Assembly (NCBI GenBank): GCA_950097015.1
Contig: CATNEN010000001.1
Location: 15,934,001-15,998,000, forward strand
Reading direction: 5' to 3'
Length of the DNA: 64,000 nucleotides
Source: Macrostomum hystrix
Lineage: Eukaryota > Animalia > Platyhelminthes
Shown here: one piece after another, positions 24,970 to 37,880 of the stretch
How positions within the stretch are numbered: position 1 is the stretch's first letter
Layout of the letters: every line of letters begins with the position of its first letter
Made by a program: the position numbers and the translations under genes
The notes under the pieces: generated by a model
What the model saw: only the letters and a program-made list of their open reading frames with translations
Database searches by the model: none
Told to the model about the DNA's origin: nothing

Positions 24970-25576
24970 GTAAGACGAAACCAATTTAGTTCGTTACGAA
25001 TTCGCCTATTTTTAGAGTTAATAATAGGAAGACTACATAAAGTCTATAAAGTTTTTATAAAATACAGATATCCTCATTGATTTGACCGTTATCTCGTTCG
25101 GTTTGACTGTTATCCCTATGTTTGAATTTATTTTTATACTTTAAAAAATTTTGGGATGGGATCACATTAGATATATCCTTAGTTTGTGTGATATCCCCAT
25201 TAAAAGTGATACACTCCTGTTGCAGATTTCGCGCCTTTTATATCTCGTTAGTTCCAGTATAAAAGTGCACTTAAAGAACGCGACAAAACGTGGATGTGCA
25301 TTACATTAATTACCGTTGCCCCTTTCTTGAGGTTGGCAGGCGCTAATTAACGCACCAACAAGATTATAGAGACAGAATACCCGTTGATAATGACCTGCTC
25401 CTAGTTGCTAATAGGCAGTGCTAAAATGGACCCTAGCATTTTTCAGTGTTATGTATTGCGTGTGTGTTTATTTTGTGTTTTAATTATATTCAGGCAAAGT
25501 ATTATACCAAGCCAACATCAGAAACACTAATGTAACAATAATTACTTTTCAATTCAAGCAAGTTTTATTCAGCGTC

Positions 25577-25988
25577 CACCACCCCAATTTCACACCGATT
25601 TTCAATTCAGATAAGCGGCCCTCCGCACCCACCACCCCAATTTCACACCGATTTTCAATGCAGATAAGCGGCCCTCCGCACCCACCACCCCAATTTCACA
25701 CCGATTTTCAATGCAGATAAGCGGCCCTCCGCACCCACCACCCCAATTTCACACTGATTTTCAATGCAGATAAGCGGCCCTCCGCACCCACCACCCCAAT
25801 TTCACACCGATTTTCAATGCAGATAAGCGGCCCTCCGCACCCACCACCCCAATTTCACACTGATTTTCAATGCAGATAAGCGGCCCTCTGCACCCACCAC
25901 CCCAATTTCACACTGATTTTCAATTCAGATAAGCGGCCCTCCGCACCCACCACCCCAATTTCACACCGATTTTCAATGCAGATAAGCG
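25577..25988. repeat. 53-bp minisatellite, 8 copies
   Basis: CACCACCCCAATTTCACACCGATTTTCAATGCAGATAAGCGGCCCTCCGCACC, with CAG at 25608+53n. Confidence 0.95.
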
Positions 25989-26032
25989 ACTATCAACCAC
26001 TGAACTCAAACTCCACTCTCTTAACACTCCAG

Positions 26033-26734
26033 GAGTGCGACAAGTCGCCAGCCTACCTTGGGGTCAACTGCTCCGGCCTGGCCGTGTTTCGCTCCGGCTC
26101 CCGGCAGCAGTTGTACGGCTGGGCCAGCATTGACCAGCTGAGCTTTCGCCGGCGTCTATTTCGTATCGGCCTCCGCAGCGACAATACGCGCATTGTCGAT
26201 TTCCACCTGGCCAGCTCTCGCCTCTGCAAGCTGGCGTGGCGCGAGTGTGCCCAGCAGCACGCGTTTTTTCGTCTGCCCCGACCGCAGCCGCCGCCGCCGC
26301 CAACGTTGTCAATGTCGGCGGCTTTATCGGCCGCCCTGTCGCCGCATTCGTCAGTGGTGTCTGCGATGGCCGCTAGACTGTCGGCGGCATTCGGCATGGT
26401 TGCCGGGCAGAGGAATTCCACCAATGGCAGATCCAGCAGTCTGAGACAGCGTCGAGAGCATCAGCAACACCAGTCGCAGACACAGTCAAAGCAGCAGCAG
26501 CAGCATATTCATCATCAGCATTCACTTCAGCGAGCTTTTCAGCGACTACCCTGGCGCCAGGCATTGGAGCCTGTGACACCCGCTGCTGCTGCTGTTGCTG
26601 CGGCTGCCAGTTATCGAGATCGGCGACGATTTCAGCTGACAGCCGCTGCCACTGCTGCAGCCTGCCACAGCCTGCCTGTGGTTGACGGCTCTGAAGGCGG
26701 TCGACAGTCTCACAGGATTAGAAGGCTCAGACAG
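26033..26734 (+). CDS. PTPN4: PTPN3/4-like exon (FERM C-lobe plus low-complexity linker)
   Basis: LGVNCSGLAVFR...WASIDQLSFRRRLF...CKLAWRECAQQHAFFRL. Acceptor ctccag; donor gtacga at 26735. Confidence 0.85.
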
Positions 26735-26752
26735 GTACGATTCAGGAGCGGT

Positions 26753-27029
26753 CCTTCAGTGCCAACTGACTGACCCCTGATCCCTCAGTGCCAATTGACT
26801 GACCCCTGATCCTTCAGTGCCAACTGACTGACCCCTGATCCTTCAGTGCCAACTGACTGACCCCTGATCCTTCAGCCCCTTAGCATTCCTGATCATTCAG
26901 TGCCTCAGCAGTCGCTGATCCTTCAGTGCCTCGGCATTCCTGATCCTTCAGTGCCTCAGCAGTCGCTGATCCTTCAGTGCCTCAGCATTCCTGATCCTTC
27001 AGTGCCTCAGCAGTCGCTGATCCTTCAGT
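26753..27029. repeat. Short minisatellites built on CTGATCCTTCAGTGCC
   Basis: Visible tandem units starting about 18 nt after the donor. Confidence 0.85.
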
Positions 27030-28099
27030 ATTATCCTATCCTTGATTTCACCCATTCCATTCCGCGCATGCGGTAAAAGTGCATCTATAAAAAAGTATGC
27101 AAACAGTCGGTTTTTTTGTTTCACATTAAATTTTTTACATCTTTTACACGTATGTCTATTTCTCTGCTGGCTTTCCAGTGTGTGTGTGGTGGTTGCGTGT
27201 GTATGTGTGTATGTAGTGGGTGTGGCGGCCGTTGCGTGGGCGGCTGCTGTGGGTTTATGGGCCGCTGGGAGCTAAGGAATTCTAGGGAGCTGGAAGGCTG
27301 GGCGTACTTGCTATGTGGAACCCGGGCCAGCAGGAGAGTTCTATGAATAAATGCTAGCTATCCTACGATTTTTCTTTCCCTCCCCCTGTCGCTCTTCGCC
27401 TCCAGCGAGAGGCGCGGTTGATGGAATAGGAACCGGACGGCTAAATGGAGGGGTAGAAAAGTTGGGATAAGAGTGGGGGGGTTAGAGAATTGGGAGAAAA
27501 AGTGGATGGAAAAAATGGTGTGGGTGAGGAATTTTCTAGAGCTAGAGAATTGGAAAGCTGTGGCAAAGAAGGGCTTAGATGCTATGTGGACTGTTATTTA
27601 GGGAATTAGAGGAAAAGTGAAAGAGTTTTACTCAATCGGGCGGAAAAATTGTGAAAAGTTCTTCTTCAATTTTCTCCGCGCACTTTTTCTACAATTGCAT
27701 CGTTTCAGAATGAATCCATTTCTGATGTCTATATGTCTTTTAGTATCCGTTACATTTCTAGTTAAATAGCTCACGTGATTGCGTGGGCGGGCTGGGGTGG
27801 CTGCCCCTTAGCTCTTCGCTTGATCAACGCGTGGGCGATTTAATTGGCTAGAAAGCTGAGAATGGGGCTGAGATCCCTGATTTCACTTTGACTGAGATCA
27901 AGAGCAAATAAAAATTTCTTTCCTGCCCACCTTTTTACATTTTTTGCCTAATGAAGCTTCCTTTGGGATCTTGTTACTCATTGCTTCTGGTCTGTCTCAG
28001 TCTCTCTGGCAGATTTTTTTTCTGTTCTCACTGTCTCTAATGACACCTTCTTTCCTGTCTGTAATCCCCAGTTTCCCACTCTCTGTTTTTCCTTCTTCC

Positions 28100-28680
28100 A
28101 TACTGTCTGTAAATACCTGCCCCACTGTCTGTAAATACCTGTCACACTGTTTGTAAATACCTGTCCCACTGTCTGTAAATACCTGTCACACTGTTTGTAA
28201 ATACCTGTCCCACTGTCTGTAAATACCTGTCCCACTGTCTGTAAATACCTGCCCCACTGTCTGTAAATACCTGTCACATTGTCTGTAAAAACCTGTCACA
28301 CTGTCTGTAAATACCTATGTCACACTGTCTGTAAAAACCTGTCACACTGTCTGTAAATACCTGTCACACTGTCTGTAAATACCTGTCCCACTGTCTGTAA
28401 AAACCTGTCACACTGTCTGTAAATACCTATGTCACACTGTCTGTAAAAACCTGTCACACTGTCTGTAAAAACCTGTCACACTGTCTGTAAATACCTGTCC
28501 CACTGTCTGTAAAAACCTGTCCCACTGTCTGTAAATACCTGTCCCACTGTCTGTAAATACCTGTCCCACTGTCTGTAAAAACCTGTCACACTGTCTGTAA
28601 ATACCTGTCACACTGTCTGTAAATACCTGTCCCACTGTCTGTAAACACCTGTCCCACTGTCTGTAAATACCCGTCTGTAA
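28100..28680. repeat. 22-bp minisatellite (CACTGTCTGTAAATACCTGTCC/A)n
   Basis: Visible tandem array. Confidence 0.95.
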
Positions 28681-29457
28681 TTCCCAGTTTCTTTCTGTCT
28701 TAAGCCTGTTGCATTGTCTATAGATAAAAATTAGCTCCTTAGTATTAGTGCTGCAGAATGAAATTATTGACCAGTAGATTCCAATTCCAATTCTTTGCCG
28801 CTACTCTTCCATAATCTGTATTAGTACATTCCCGCATTCGCTCCCTTCTCAACGCGGCGTAAACAACTTTTTCAGGTCTCTCTCTCCACTCTCTGTCCCG
28901 GCTCTAACTCTCATCTTATCGTCCCCAGCTCTATCTTTCTACTCGGCTACTGTGCCCTCCCACCCCACCCTCCTACCCGCCCGGGACATTTTCTTCTCTA
29001 CCGAGTTTGGAGCCTCTTGAGTAGGCCCGGCCAGAGGATTCAAACTGTCCTCTATCCTCTGTGTGTGCGCGCGTCATGAGCCGGCGATTCTCTCCGCCGA
29101 CGGATTTGCCAGATTCCCGTCCCGATGCGACCCGGCCGATGATGGCAGAAGGACAGGCTGCTGGCTAGCTTGCGTGCTCCCTGTTCGTCCCCTCTCTACT
29201 CAGTCTTCTCATGGATAGTTCTCACTCCAGCTGTCCTTATTCAATCCTAATAGAGAGGCCCAGAGTCCCCTACTTGAAAATAGACTCCCACACCTACGCG
29301 TGTGTGTTTTTTATAGATTGCCTTTGTTGCACTTGGGAAAGTTTGCCTGTTCTTTTTTTATTTATTTCTCTATTACTCTTCTACCGCTGTCTTCTCTCTG
29401 ATGCCCATCAGTTTATCAACTCTTTCCAACATACATTTTCTATCTTCTTTTTCCCTT

Positions 29458-29858
29458 CCATTTCTACCCTTTCTCTTCTTACATTTCTACCCTTTCTCTT
29501 CTTACATTTCTACCCTTTCTCTTCTTACATTTCTACCCTTTCTCCACTTACATTTCTACCCTTTCTCTTTCATTTCTACCCATTCTCATCTTACATTTCT
29601 ACCCCTTCTCCACTTACATTTCTACCCTTTCTCCTCTTACATTTCTACCCTTTCTCCTCTTACATTTCTACCCTTTCTCTTCTTACATTTCTACCCTTTT
29701 TCTTCTTACATTTCTACTTTTTCTCTTCTTACATTTCTACTTTTTCTCTCCTTACATTTCTACCCTTTCTCCTCTTACATTTCTACCCTTTCTCCTCTTA
29801 CATTTCTACCCTTTCTCCTCTTACATTTCTACCCTTTCTCACCTTACATTTCTACCCT
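29458..29858. repeat. 23-bp pyrimidine-rich minisatellite (TTACATTTCTACCCTTTCTCCTC)n
   Basis: Visible tandem array. Confidence 0.95.
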
Positions 29859-30469
29859 TGGATTTCTGCCTTTCGATTCTCCCACCTCTCCCCTTCGATT
29901 CCCCCCTCTGCCCCTTCCATTTCTCCTCTCTTTTTTCCCATCCATTTTCAAAATTCCGTGTTAGTAATGTCCCGAATGGCAATATGAGATTCCACCCAGT
30001 AACCATAAATAAATTCGAATCCAGTTTGCATGCGTTTAATACGCTGAGCTAATAATGAGGCTAAATTGATAAAGCTATCAGCTGAATAACACTTCACCTC
30101 ACCAAGATTTTGCCCAAATGAAGTGTCTCTTCTAGGTTTTAATTAGCACTGTGTCAGCTGGTGACCGACCAATCAATTTCTTCTTCTCCTGCGCTCTCCT
30201 AATCAAGCAAGCCAGGTGTTTTTTCTCATAATACTTTGGATAAGCTGGGGGCTACCTTCCATTTTAGGCTGCTATGATATTCTATAATATAAAATTGTGA
30301 TAGGATTTATTATTTTTACAAATAAACAGTGCCTGTCCTTAGTTGTATTGGATAGCTGATTATTGCGGTCTTATCCATCGGCTTAGAAACTAATTGGTGT
30401 GTTGGCACTCGTAATATTATAGCATCTGCGGTCTCTTCCTGGTTACCTGCCTACTCTCCTCTGCTTATC

Positions 30470-31012
30470 TACTAATATGTCTACCTGTCTATCTTCTAAT
30501 CTGTCTACTTATCTATCCACCTATCTATCTACCAATCTGTCTACCTATCTATCTTGAAATCTGCCTACCTATCTATCTAACAGTCTTTCTACCTATTTAT
30601 CTACCAGTCTTTCTACCTATCTATCTACCAATCTGTCTATCTACCTATCTATCTACCAATATCTCTACCTATCTATCTACTAATCTGTCTACCTATCTAT
30701 CTATCTACCAATGTCTCTACCTATATACCTACTAATTTGTCTACCTATCTATCTATCTACCAATGTATCTACCTATCTATCTACTAATTTGTCTACCTAT
30801 CTATCTATCTACCAATGTCTCTACCTATCTATCTACTAATTTGTCTACCTATCTATCTATCTACCAATGTCTCTACCTATCTATCTACTAATCTGTCTAC
30901 CTATTTATCTATCTACCAATATCTCTACCTATCTATCTACTAATCTGTCTACCTATTTATCTATCTACCAATATCTCTACCTATTTATCTACTAATCTAT
31001 CTACCTATCTAT
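30470..31012. repeat. (CTAT)-based degenerate satellite
   Basis: CTACCTATCTATCTAC(C/T)AAT repeats. Confidence 0.9.
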
Positions 31013-31383
31013 CATTCGCTATTAGCTAAAATGGATATAGTTTTAAGACTAAACGGCCAGAATGTTTGTCTTGCTAAGTACTACCTTACAATGTTTTATG
31101 TACATGGCAATCATTGCTTGCTTGATATACAGGCATAAGTGAAACATGGGATACATACGATAGATGAGGCAGAGAACTTTTAGGGCAATGAAAGTACTGA
31201 CAAACTCTCTTACACAGCTAGCCAATGAGCATTCGACCTTCACGCGAACGACATTCGCCCGGCCGTCCACCCTCATCCTCCATCTTACTTGAAGCCCGTC
31301 GCAGCTAGCATTCTGTGTTTCAACTCTTCTGCGTTTTACAGTCTCGCTTAGAAAGCAAATTCAGGCGTTAGATTTCATTCTAG

Positions 31384-31737
31384 TTTCGAAATAGTGAAAC
31401 AAAATATTGTTTCAACATCGAGGTGGCTACTGTATTTGACGGCGATAGTGGCGGCGGCGGCGGCGGTGGAGGCGTCGCTGCAAGGCGCATTTTAAAACGA
31501 CGCTCGCCTCCCCCGCCGCTGCCCTCCTCGTCGGCCTGTCTAATTGGCAACATCAGCGACGGCGGCAGCAGCAGCAACAACAGGCACTCATCAGCCATGG
31601 TCCAAGGAAATATTGGGTCGATTGAATCTGATAGATCAGTTGGCAGTTTAGATGACACCTGCTCAACTGATGGACTCAGTGGTGTTAGCCGAGAAGAGAT
31701 TTTGTCTCTGCAGGCGGTGCTACCTGTACCAGCGCCC
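31384..31737 (+). CDS. PTPN4: Probable PTPN3/4-like linker exon
   Basis: Open G/S/P-rich frame between acceptor ttcattctag and donor gtgagt (31738), phase 0-0, compatible with both neighbours. It has no conserved motif, so boundaries are inferred. Confidence 0.55.
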
Positions 31738-31796
31738 GTGAGTGCCTTTGATAGGTTGTGCAGTCCCAGATTAAAGCCATAGACAGTAGACGATCA

Positions 31797-31974
31797 GAAT
31801 AGATCCGAGAGATTTCTCATTGAGATTAGATAGGATTGAGATTAAGAATAGATCTGTAGGAGAGAGATTTCTCATTGAGATTAGATAGGATTGAGATTAA
31901 GAATAGATCCGTAGGAGAGAGATTTCTTATTGAGATTAGATAGGATTGAGATTAAGAATAGATCTGTAGGAGAG
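31797..31974. repeat. 55-bp tandem repeat x3
   Basis: GATTTCT(C/T)ATTGAGATTAG at 31811, 31866 and 31921. Confidence 0.9.
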
Positions 31975-32124
31975 ATGTTAAATGGGTACCAGCATGAGCT
32001 GGGACAATTGAAGGTGGGTGTGGCGTCCCCCCAGTCCATGGACTGAACAGCCGTACGCAGCCTTCAGATGCGCCGCGCAATGGCAGCGGCTGTGCTGTCG
32101 GCTGCACATCTGGCCCAACTGGGA
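31973..32124 (+). mobile_element. 5'-truncated SINE family A copy
   Basis: Matches 18364-18515 (AGATGTTAAATGGGTACCAGC...CACATCTGGCCCAA). Confidence 0.85.
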
Positions 32125-32689
32125 CTTGATTAAGATTAGTAAAGTTTTCCGCTGGTAAAAAGCAAACAGATGTAATTTGTGATTAGTAACCAGACCCGAG
32201 TTTTTTTATCTTCACAGGGACCCCGTTTGCTTGCGTTCGCTTGTGTTCTGGATTATTTAAACTAGGTTTCTCTGCTTTTTGCATTATTTCTAATTCGTTT
32301 GTCATGGGTCTTCTGCTACAGGAAGCAGAAGATATCATTGCATGATGCGTGCAGCGGAAACTTTAAGTTCCAGTCACAAATAAAGTCGCCAAAATCCTCA
32401 TAAATTCCTGACTTCCTATTGATCCACAGCAGTTTAAAAATGCATTTAAAGCCAAAAAACGAGTTCAATGAAATCCCCAGAACATAATACTAATAAAATC
32501 CCAGTCAGAATACGTCCTAAAAATTTCCAAATGAATTCATTGAAATGCCATAATCCATTGAAGTCACCGGGATCATTCTAAATCACAAAATCCACTGAAG
32601 TCTTAATGATCCATCCACATCATCATAAAATCCCAAATAACTTAATAGAATCTCTAAAGACCCATTAAAAGACCCACTACAATCCCCAA

Positions 32690-33183
32690 GACCCACTAAA
32701 ATCCCCAAAACCAGCTAAAATCCCCAAGACCCGGAAAAAACCACAAAACCCGGTAAAATCCCCAAAACCCGGTAAAATCCCCAAAACCCGCTAAAATCCC
32801 CAAAACCCGGTAAAATCCCCAAAACCCGCTAAAATCCCCAAAACCCGCTAAAATCCCCAAAACCCGCTAAAATCCCCAAAACCCACTAAAATCCCCAAAA
32901 CCCACTTAAATTCCCAAAACCCACTAAAATCCCCAAAACACGCTAAAATCCCCAAAACCCACTAAAATCCCCAAAACCCACTAAAATCCCCAAAACCCAC
33001 TAAAATCCCCAAAACCCGCTAAAATCCCCAAAACCCACTAAAATCCCCAAAACCCACTAAAATCCCCAAAACCCACTAAAATCCCCAAAACCCACTAAAA
33101 TCCCCAAAACCCACTAAAATCACCAAAACCCGGTAAAGTCCCCAAAACCCGGTAAAGTCCCCAAAGCCCGCTTGAATCCCCAA
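32690..33183. repeat. 19-bp minisatellite (AAAATCCCCAAAACCCACT)n
   Basis: Visible array ending about 15 nt before the PDZ exon acceptor. Confidence 0.95.
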
Positions 33184-33200
33184 ATCCGGCACTTCTCCAG

Positions 33201-33822
33201 CAGCGGGCCGGGCCCGGCCTGAGCACAGCCACGGTTCGCATCAAGCCGGACAATGCCGGCCGGTTCGGCTTCAACGTGAAAGGCGGCGCGGATCAGGACT
33301 CGCCAATCCTGGTGTCTCGGGTGTCGCCGAATTCGCCAGCCGATCAGACCGAGCCGCGGCTTCGCCAGGGCGACCAGCTGCTGTACATCAACGGCCGCAA
33401 TCTGGGAGGCCACACTCACGAGCAGGCCGTGCAGTTCATTCGGGCAGCGGCTGAAAGACATTCTGGCGAATTGCTTCTAGTTGTACGGCAGTCAAGCGAG
33501 ACGGACCCCGGTCCCGTTGAACCTCTGCCGCCGACGCAGCAGCAGCAGCCGACGGTTGAACGACTGCCGGATGATAGCGGCGACGTGCTTGACGACGACG
33601 ACACCGACGATGATGATGATCTTGATGACGATGGCAATCTGACTAAACTCAATGGCAAGGAGACCGCCGGCGAATCTATGCAACGATTGGAGAAACAATT
33701 GAAAAGCGGAAGGGCGTTGGTTCGATTCGACCGGCTCTACAGGCGCAAGCCCGGCCTCAGCATGTGCGCCGCGAGGAGGCCGGAAAATCTGGCCAAGAAT
33801 CGCTACAGAGACATCAGCCCCT
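33201..33822 (+). CDS. PTPN4: PTPN3/4-like exon (PDZ domain and start of the PTP domain)
   Basis: VRIKPDNAGRFGFNVKGGAD...LRQGDQLLYING...HEQAVQFIR (PDZ) and NLAKNRYRDISP (pTyr loop). NAGNAG acceptor; donor gtgagt at 33823. Confidence 0.92.
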
Positions 33823-33824
33823 GT

Positions 33825-34575
33825 GAGTCACTGGCACTCTTCTGTCACTCTACTGTCACTTTCCTGTCACTTTACTGTCACTCTACTGTCACTCTACTTT
33901 CACTCTTGTCATTCTAGTTTCACTCTACTGTCATTCTACTGTCACTCTACTTTCACTCTTGTCATTCTAGTTTCACTCTACTGTCATTCTAGTTTCACTC
34001 TACTGTCATTCTAGTTTCACTCTACTGTCATTCTAGTTTCACTCTACTGTCACTCTAGTTTCATTCAACTGTCACTCTATTTTCATTCAACTGTCATTCT
34101 AGTTTCACTCTACTGCCATTCTAGTTTCACTCTACTGTCACTCTAGTGTCACTCTACTGTCAGTCTAGTTTCACTCTACTGTCACTCTAGCGTCACTCTA
34201 CTGTCAGTCTAGTTTCACTCTACTGTCACTCTAGTGTCACTCTACTGTCAGTCTAGTTTCACTCTACTGTCACTCTAGTGTCACTCTACTGTCAGTCTAG
34301 TTTCACTCAACTGTCACTCTAGTGTCACTCTACTGTCAGTCTAGTTTCACTCTACTGTCACTCTAGTTTCATTCAACTGTCACTCTTCTGTCAGTATCTA
34401 CTGTCACTCTTCTGTCAGTATCTACTGTCACTCTTCTGTCAGTATCTACTGTCACTCTTCTGTCAGTATCTACTGTCACTCTTCTGTCAGTATCTACTGT
34501 CACTCTTCTGTCAGTATCTACTGTCACTCTTCTGTCAGTATCTACTGTCACTCTTCTGTCAGTATCTTCTGTCAA
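33825..34575. repeat. Compound minisatellite (CTGTCACTCTAGTTTCACTCTA, then CTGTCACTCTTCTGTCAGTATCTA)
   Basis: Begins essentially at the splice donor. Confidence 0.9.
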
Positions 34576-35198
34576 ACTATAATTCTGCACTATTAGTAGT
34601 TGCACTGAGTGACTCCTGCAGTGTGTGCAAACTAACTAGATAGTTGATAATTGCATCATTGTGTATGGGTTTCAATCTATTACAATTGCTGCACTGGATA
34701 GCAACTGTGAAATAGTTGTTCTGTAACTGTGCGAGCTGTCTTATCCTGCCCTGTAGTTACTCAGGCCTGCATAATTATCTGGCTGAGGGCCTGGATTGCC
34801 AGCCCCATCCCCTGCTCTGCTCAGCTCTGTGTCAGCAATCGCATCAACCCTGTTTTTTCGCTTGCTCAGTGCCTCGGTGGTCGTTCGTGCCTTTTCTTTC
34901 GAAATTATCGCGCTCTAAAACCTAGCAGTAGCCTGTCAGTGTGTCTGTGTCATTCTCATTAGTAGCTATCATTGTCACTGTCTAGCATTCTCTGCTAGTA
35001 CTCATATTCTTCTTCATTTATCCCATTTTCCTATTTATCGCCTTCTTCATATACATCCCCTGTTCCCATTCTTCCTTTTTATCTTATTTCCTCTATTACT
35101 CCATTATTCCCAATATTTAAATGTATCTCATTTTTGTTATTAGCTACATTTTTTAAATCTTCAGTTTTTCAGTTAGAACTGAATGGGGATGGGGCTCA

Positions 35199-35636
35199 GA
35201 GTCAGGAGTCAGATGGGACAGTCAGGAGTCAGATGGGACAGTCAGGAGTCAGATAGGACAGACAGGAGTCAGATGGGACAGTCAGGAGTCAGATGGGACA
35301 GACAGGAGTCAGATAGGACAGACAGGAGTCAGATGGGACAGTCAGGAGTCAGATGGGACAGACAGGAGTCAGATGGGACAGGCAGGAGTCAGATAGGAGA
35401 GTCAGGAGTCAGATGGGACAGTCAGGAGTCAGACAGGACAGGCAGGAGTCAGATAGGACAGTCAGGAGTCAGATAGGACAGTCAGGAGTCAGATAGGACA
35501 GTCAGGAGTCAGATAGGACAGTCAGGAGTCAGATAGGACAGTCAGGAGTCAGATGGGACTGGCAGGAGTCAGACAGGACAGTCAGGAGTCAGATAGGACA
35601 GTCAGGAGTCAGATGGGACTGGCAGGAGTCAGGAGT
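35199..35636 (+). repeat. 20-bp minisatellite (GTCAGGAGTCAGATAGGACA)n
   Basis: Visible array; reverse complement of the array at 36972-37880. Confidence 0.95.
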
Positions 35637-35722
35637 GAATTTTAATTGATTTCTTGGCTAATCCAGTCCGTGGACTGAGCAGCTGTACGCAGCCATTGAA
35701 AGCTCCTCCCTCCCTTATCCAG

Positions 35723-36135
35723 ACGATGCCACTCGGGTCACCCTGAGTTGCACCCAGGAGGACGATGCATCAAGCGGCGGCGGCGGAGACTACATCAACG
35801 CCTCCCACGTGGACATGCGCATTCCAAGCCCGTGCGGCACTGTGAACCGCTACATAGCGGCCCAGGGACCGCTGCCGAACACCTGCGCGGATTTCTGGCA
35901 GATGTGCTGGGAGCAGTGCGCATCGCTCATTGTCATGCTCACGGTTAGCAATGAGCGCGGCCGTTGCAAATGCCACGAGTATTGGCCGCCACTTTACGAG
36001 TCTGTGCAATATGACAACGGCCTGACTGTCACCTGCGTCTCTGAACAGCTGCCCAGTGATTTTCTGACTGCCACCGAAACTGACGATATCAATGAGGCAG
36101 ATAAGACTGCTCAGATCCATACTGACAACAATAAC

Positions 36136-36199
<64 letters not shown>

Positions 36200-36321
36200 A
36201 AGGCTCCGAAGGTGACTCCAGCGCGGACGGCTCGGCTGCGGGCTCAGAAAGCTTTGCCCAGCGCGAATTCATGCTCAGCAGAGCTGCCGGAGAGTCTGGC
36301 GATGTGCTGCAGCAACGACAG
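35723..36321 (+). CDS. PTPN4: PTPN3/4-like exon (PTP catalytic domain)
   Basis: [41 protein letters not shown] and KCHEYWP motifs. Phase-1 acceptor completes the Tyr of ISPYD. Confidence 0.93.
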
Positions 36322-36562
36322 GTGAAATTTTTGAGAACTCTAGATTCGAGACTTACCATATTTCCCATTCCTTCCCCAATCCTCTTATCCATTTCTTCCC
36401 CAATTATCTTACCCATTTCTTCCCTAATCCTCTAACCCATTTCTTCGTCAATCCTGTTCCAATTTTCCCATATTCTTCCCCAATCATGTTCCAGTTTCTC
36501 CTTTATTCGCAATATTTTATTTTCCCATTGCAATCCCGGTCCTCCTTGCCCGGCAACCGCAG

Positions 36563-36943
36563 GTGACGCATCTGCAGTACGCGGCCTGGCCTGACCACGG
36601 CACGCCCAACAATCTGGACGATTTTATGCGCTTCGTCAGCCGAGTCCGCTCGCATCGGGCCGGCCACCTGGCTCCCGTGATTGTCCACTGCTCCGCCGGC
36701 ATCGGCCGAACTGGCGTCCTCATCGCCATGGAAACGGCCGCCTGCCTTCTAGATGCCGGCCTGCCCGTCCGCCCGCTGGCTTTGCTGCGCCGCATGCGGG
36801 ACCAGAGACCGATGCTGATTCAAACTGCCGGACAGTACCGCTTTGTGTGCGATGCCATGCTGCGCTACTGGCAAAGCCTGCCTCACTCACTGCCTGACTC
36901 TGCGCTGCCTGAGCAGCCAACTGCTCAACCTGAGCCGTGTTAG
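36563..36943 (+). CDS. PTPN4: PTPN3/4-like terminal exon (active site)
   Basis: [16 protein letters not shown] and IQTAGQY motifs intact; stop TAG. Confidence 0.95.
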   Translation: MTHLQYAAWPDHGTPNNLDDFMRFVSRVRSHRAGHLAPVIVHCSAGIGRTGVLIAMETAACLLDAGLPVRPLALLRRMRDQRPMLIQTAGQYRFVCDAMLRYWQSLPHSLPDSALPEQPTAQPEPC

Positions 36944-36971
36944 GCTAGCTGGGTTTCATGACTCCATTTTT

Positions 36972-37880
36972 CTGACTCCTGACTGTCCTATCTGACTCCT
37001 GACTGTCCCATCTGACTCCTGCCTGTCCTATCTAACTCCTGACTGTCCTATCTGACTCCTGCCTGTCCTATCTGACTCCTGCCTGTCCTATCTGACTCCT
37101 GACTGTCCCATCTGACTCCTGACTGTCCTATCTGACTCCTGCCTGTCCTATCTGACTCCTGACTGTCCCATCTGACTCCTGACTGTCCTATCTGACTCCT
37201 GACTGTCCTATCTGACTCCTGCCTGTCCTGTCTGACTCCTGACTGTCCTATCTAACTCCTGACTGTCCTATCTGACTCCTGCCTGTCCTATCTGACTCCT
37301 GCCTGTCCTATCTGACTCCTGACTGTCCCATCTGACTCCTGCCTGTCCTATCTGACTCCTGCCTGTCCTATCTGACTCCTGACTGTCCCATCTGACTCCT
37401 GCCTGTCCTATCTGACTCCTGACTGTCCTACCTGACTCCTGACTGTCCTATCTGACTCCTGACTGTCCTATCTGACTCCTGACTGTCCCATCTGACTCCT
37501 GCCTGTCCTATCTGACTCCTGACTGTCCCATCTGACTCCTGCCTGTCCTATCTGACTCCTGACTGTCCTATCTGACTCCTGACTGTCCTATCTGACTCTC
37601 CCATCTGACTCTCCCATCTGACTCCTGACTGTCCTATCTGACTCCTGACTGTCCTATCTGACTCCTGACTGTCCTATCTGACTCCTGACTGTCCTATCTG
37701 ACTCTCCCATCTGACTCTCCCATCTGACTCCTGACTGTCCCATCTGACTCCTGACTGTCCTATCTGACTCCTGCCTGTCCTATCTGACTCCTGACTGTCC
37801 TATCTGACTCCTGACTGTCCTATCTGACTCCTGACTCTCCTATCTGACTCTCCCATCTGACTCTCCCATCTGACTCCTGA
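36972..37880 (-). repeat. 20-bp minisatellite (TCTGACTCCTGACTGTCCTA)n
   Basis: Starts about 29 nt after the stop codon; inverse of 35199-35636. Confidence 0.95.

Noticed and set aside
28876-29170. Possible additional PTP linker exon
   Set aside because: GC-rich, but I could not find a convincing phase-compatible acceptor/donor pair.
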